DNA from: an uncultured Chloroflexia bacterium
Lineage (GTDB): Bacteria; Chloroflexota; Anaerolineae; B4-G1; SLSP01
DNA length: 64,000 bases
Direction of reading: 5' to 3'
NCBI GenBank assembly: GCA_963751345.1
Contig: CAVVUS010000023.1
Span: forward strand, 160,001 to 224,000
Shown: piece by piece, positions 60,408 to 64,000 of the stretch
How the letters are laid out: every line of letters begins with the position of its first letter
Numbering within the stretch: the first letter of the stretch is position 1
Notes under the pieces: generated by a model
What the model was told of the DNA's origin: nothing
What the model saw: only the letters and a program-made list of their open reading frames with translations
Databases searched by the model: none
Translations under genes and position numbers: made by a program

Positions 60408-61963
60408 CTAGACTCCCGGTCTTCCTGAGACGATTGGTCGTGGCGCGAACGCCCAGCCCATGTCGGCCATCGCCTCGCGAACGATGTCTTCCTCGATCCA
60501 TGGCAGCGTCTCATCGGCGCGCTCCAACGTGATCTCGCCGGCCTTGCCGCAGAAGACGACGGTGTCGCCGGGCCCGGCGTGGCGAAGCGCCCAGTCGATC
60601 GCCTCACGCCGGTCGGGCATCAGGCGGTAGTTACCGCGCCCTGCCTCGTCGGCGCCGCGCTTCATCTCGTCGAGGATATCGTAGATTGGCGTGTCTCGGC
60701 AGTCCTCCTCGGTGAAGATCGCGAGGTCGGCTAGCTCCGTCGCCACCGCCCCGAGGGGTGCGCGCTTGCTCGGGTCGCGTGGTCCACCTGCCGAGCCGAG
60801 CACGACGATCAGCCGCTTCTCGGTGGTCTGGCGCAGGCTCCCCAGCGCGTTGTGGAGGCTTTCGGGCGTGTGGGCGAAGTCGAGCACCACGCGCACGGGC
60901 CCGGTGTTGATGACCTGCATACGCCCAGGTACACCTGCGAAGGAGGCCAGGCCCGCCCGGATGTCGGGGACCGTGACGCCCAAATGCGCTACGGCGGCGA
61001 TGGCACCCAGAGCGTTGGCCACGTTGTAGGTGCCGAGAAGGGAAAGCTCCACCGGGAACGTCGCGCCGGGTGAGTGAACTACGAAGGTGAGCTCGCCGCC
61101 CTGTTCGACGACGTCACTCGCCCACCACGCGGCGCGGACGCCGTTAGCGCGGACGCCGTTAGCGTGGACGCCATTGGCTCCGAGGCCTTCGGCGTCGGCA
61201 TAGGTCAGATGGGGACGGTCGGTGAGACGCATGCCATAGGGATCGGCCGCATTGACCACGGCGAAGGCGGCGTTGTCGAAGAGGATCCGCTTCGCCTGGA
61301 AGTAGCCCTCCATATCGCCGTGGAAGTTGAGGTGCTCGGGCGCGAGGTTGGTCCAAATTGCGACGTCGAAACTCGTACCGCGAAGCCGCTGCTGTGCGAG
61401 GGCCTCGCTGCTTGCCTCGACCACGGCGTGGGTGCACCCGCGCGCGACCATCGTCGCGAGCGTTTCCTGGACCTGGGGCGCCTCAGGCGTGGTGAAATGT
61501 GCGGGGAATTGGTGCAGGACATCGTCGTCGAACTTGTAGCCCAGGGTGGAGAGCAATCCGGTGGGGTGCCCGGCGTGCCGGAGCAGGTGTCGTGTGAGCC
61601 ACGTCGTCGTTGTCTTGCCCTTGGTGCCCGTGACGCCGATGACGTGAGCTTGCGACTCGGGTAGCCGTTGAGCGCGGCCGCGAGGTCGCCCAGGGCACAG
61701 CGGGCGTTATCGACCTTGAGATAGGGGACGGACAGCGTCTCGCTGCCGGCCCAACCCTCACCGACGATGAGGGCGGCTCCACGTGCCAGGGCGTCGGGGA
61801 CGAAGCGGTGACCGTCGTGCGTATGTCCGCGCACGGCCACGAACGCGTACCCGGGCTTGATCCAACTCGAGTTGTGGGTCACACCGGTGACGTCTGCCGT
61901 GCCGTGCGGCGGCGCGCCCTCGAGACGGCCGCCGGTGATTTGTGCTATGGTCGAGAGATCCAT
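60408..61963 (-). CDS. murE: UDP-MurNAc-L-Ala-D-Glu:amino acid ligase MurE (frameshift near 61640)
   Basis: VTHNS..FVAVRG..DGH, GVTGTKGKTTT, TTPEAP, EASS, EHLNFHG, VPGRMQ, DFAHTP, GKAGE. Confidence 0.9.
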
Positions 61964-62077
61964 TGGGTATGCCTCCTCCGCTGCAGACGATACCGCCGTC
62001 CGAGCGCGGCGTCAAGGGGCAGGCTGCTCGCGGTCCACCGGGGACGGCAAGACGTCGGCAGGGCCAGAAGGTCGAGC

Positions 62078-62187
62078 GGTGCCAGGTACCTGATCCGGCG
62101 AGCCTCTGGGATGGTCATCCGGCTCGCGGGCGGATCGCAACCAAGTGCCAGGCACTCCGCCGCAGACGGCGGGAAGTGCCAGGCACT
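62078..62187. repeat. Three copies of a short REP-like palindrome (A/G)GTGCCAGG(C/T)AC(T/C)
   Basis: Copies at 62078-62090, 62144-62156 and 62175-62187, with a CCGCCG-CAGA-CGGCGG hairpin between the last two. Confidence 0.7.
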
Positions 62188-62240
62188 GAGAGGGGGGGCG
62201 TGCCGGATGGGTCCCGCCCGCGGTCCCCTGAGTATCCCCT

Positions 62241-63432
62241 CTATCGCGAGCCGGGGTAGTCGCGCGGCGGATGTCTCAGCAGCTCCGCCTCGATCGAGAT
62301 CGGAACCCAGGCCGGGCCGATCGGGCACTTTCAGATAGCCGTCCTCGACCTCGAAGGGATGTGTCATCAGGTCGTCGCGCCACGGCGCGTCGTCGACGTC
62401 GAGTTCCAGAATAGCGAAGTTGGGGATCGTGGCGCAGAGGTTCGCCGAGATCAACGTTGTGAGCGGGCTGTGGCAGTTATGGGGCGCGACCAGGACATCA
62501 TAGGTGTATGCGAAGTCGGCGATCTTCTTGCCCATCGTGAGGCCGTTCCAGGCCAGATCGGGCATGATGACGTCCTGGGCGTGAAGCTCCAGATAGGGGC
62601 GGTAGCCCTGGGTGCCGAAGAGGCTCTCGCCGTGGCAGATCGGCGTCGACGTCGCGTCGCGGATCACCCGCAGCGCCGCAGGGTCGAAGGTCTCGGTCTC
62701 CAGCCACATCATATCGTAGGGCTCCAGCGCGCGGGCGAGCTTGGCCGCCGCTCCGAGCTTGAACTCGAAGGCGACGTCGAGGGCGATACCCACATCCGGT
62801 CCCAGCACCTCACGGAAGATACTGACCACGGCGACGGCATCGCGAAGCGTGGCAGGGGCAATGGCGCCGGTCGGGTGGGTGAAGATGTCGCGGTCGGCCG
62901 CCGTGTCCGGACGGTCGGCCAGCCGGATCAGGTTGGTCTTGAGTGCTGTGTACCCGCGCGCAGCGACTTCCACCGCAAAGGCGCGCAGGTCGTCGCTGGT
63001 CTCGATCGCGGGGAGCCCGAGCGCCTTCGCCCATGCCGGCCGTGCGCGGGTGGATCCACAATGCGTCCAGTAGAGGCGCAGACGGTCGCGCATTTTGCCC
63101 CCCAGGAGCTGCCATACGGGGACGCCAAGCGCCTTGCCGCGGATGTCCCAGAGGGCAGAATCGATGCCCGCGGCGGCCTTAGAGGCGATGCCGCCGGTGT
63201 GACGGACCGAGGCGGCGGATAGGTCCCACCAGATGGCCTCGACCTGCATCGGGTCGCGGCCGACCACGAAATCCGCCCACCGCGCCACGGTGGCTGCGAT
63301 AGGGCCGGGTGCGCCCCAGTCGGTGCAGTCGCCCCATCCGACCAGGCCCGGGTCGCTCGTCTCCACTTTGACGAAGGTCCACGGACGGAAACCCCCGTCG
63401 ACGATGAACGTCTTGATGGCGGTGATGCGCAT
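62241..63432 (-). CDS. Mandelate racemase/muconate lactonizing enzyme family (enolase superfamily); frameshift near 62290
   Basis: MRITAIKT, GWGDCT, AGIDSALWDIRGKALG, APHNCHSP, PDRPGLG; corrected tail ..LLRHPPRDYPGSR stops at 62241. Confidence 0.85.
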
Positions 63433-63452
63433 AGATCGCTCCTAACCGTGCC

Positions 63453-63956
63453 TCAGTTTTGTGTCTCCAGATAGGGTGCCATCTGCTGATATCGTTCGCG
63501 GTAGATCCTGATGGTGCCGACCTCCGGCTCGCCGATCACCAGCCGGATCGCGGGGCGTCCGTAGAGGCGCGCCGACTGCGTCTCCACGATCTCGGACCAC
63601 GGGATCAGCAGTCTGGCCTTTGTCAGCATGGGCGGTCGTACCCAAAGGTACAGTCCCTCGTCGCTCATGGCGATATCCACGCAATTGCGGTAGCGGATCG
63701 TGCCCACGCCGATCGTCTGGCCGGTCCAGCTTGTGCCGTTGGACGCGCCCGCGGGCGCCCGGGTTGCAGGGTAGGCCTCGGCCAGTCTGGCCAGGCCACT
63801 GACGTTGGCAAACGGTCCCATTCTGGTCACCTCGCTCTCCTCCGGTCTGACCGCGGGCTCACCTGGGGCTATCTGCCGTGAGGCAATCGGGCGGGTGCAG
63901 CCGGCGGTAGTCAATAAGAACAGCAGAAAGATATGCTCAAGTCTAGTGGGTCTCAT
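63453..63956 (-). CDS. Hypothetical lipoprotein
   Basis: Signal peptide with lipobox-like TAGC; PH-like tail LLIPWSEI. Confidence 0.55.
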   Translation of the reverse strand: MRPTRLEHIFLLFLLTTAGCTRPIASRQIAPGEPAVRPEESEVTRMGPFANVSGLARLAEAYPATRAPAGASNGTSWTGQTIGVGTIRYRNCVDIAMSDEGLYLWVRPPMLTKARLLIPWSEIVETQSARLYGRPAIRLVIGEPEVGTIRIYRERYQQMAPYLETQN

Positions 63957-64000
63957 TTTACGCACTTTTGCGGTGACTCGTCGTCTTCGTTCTGGGCACC

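Noticed and set aside
61945-62240. C-terminal extension of the enolase-family protein to 495 aa
   Set aside because: Read-through from an indel near 62290; the corrected frame stops at 62241 and the rest is repeat-containing intergenic DNA

Overview
High-GC (roughly 65%) bacterial chromosome segment. Gene content (NBR1-Ig-like membrane protein, LysM protein, PAS-GAF/NarL two-component pair, many aldo-keto reductases and sugar-acid enzymes) suggests Chloroflexota/Anaerolineae; this is an inference. About 50 protein genes are recognisable. Many are split by single-base indels, which look like long-read consensus errors rather than true pseudogenes. Housekeeping and stress genes: clpB, cold-shock protein, nfeD-SPFH, murE, def. 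Carbohydrate and sugar-acid genes: GH63-like hydrolase with sugar ABC transporter, dgoD, uxuA, heparinase II/III-like, GH2, enolase-superfamily enzyme. There is also an ArsR/ArsC/permease/thioredoxin cluster. No rRNA, tRNA, CRISPR array, integrase or transposase was seen. Best candidates for novel biology: (1) a co-oriented Upf1/Dna2-like helicase, degenerate NERD-UvrD helicase and orphan DUF499 ATPase (10.7-17.8 kb), possibly a defence module; (2) an HNH nuclease bracketed by a candidate structured RNA, Pho-box-like repeats and a perfect spacerless 58-bp palindrome; (3) an in-frame GH2-GNAT fusion heading an operon with UroD-like and Nif3-like genes; (4) a Deinococcus-like MurE with a non-DNPR specificity motif. 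All family calls come from motifs recognised by eye; no database searches were run.
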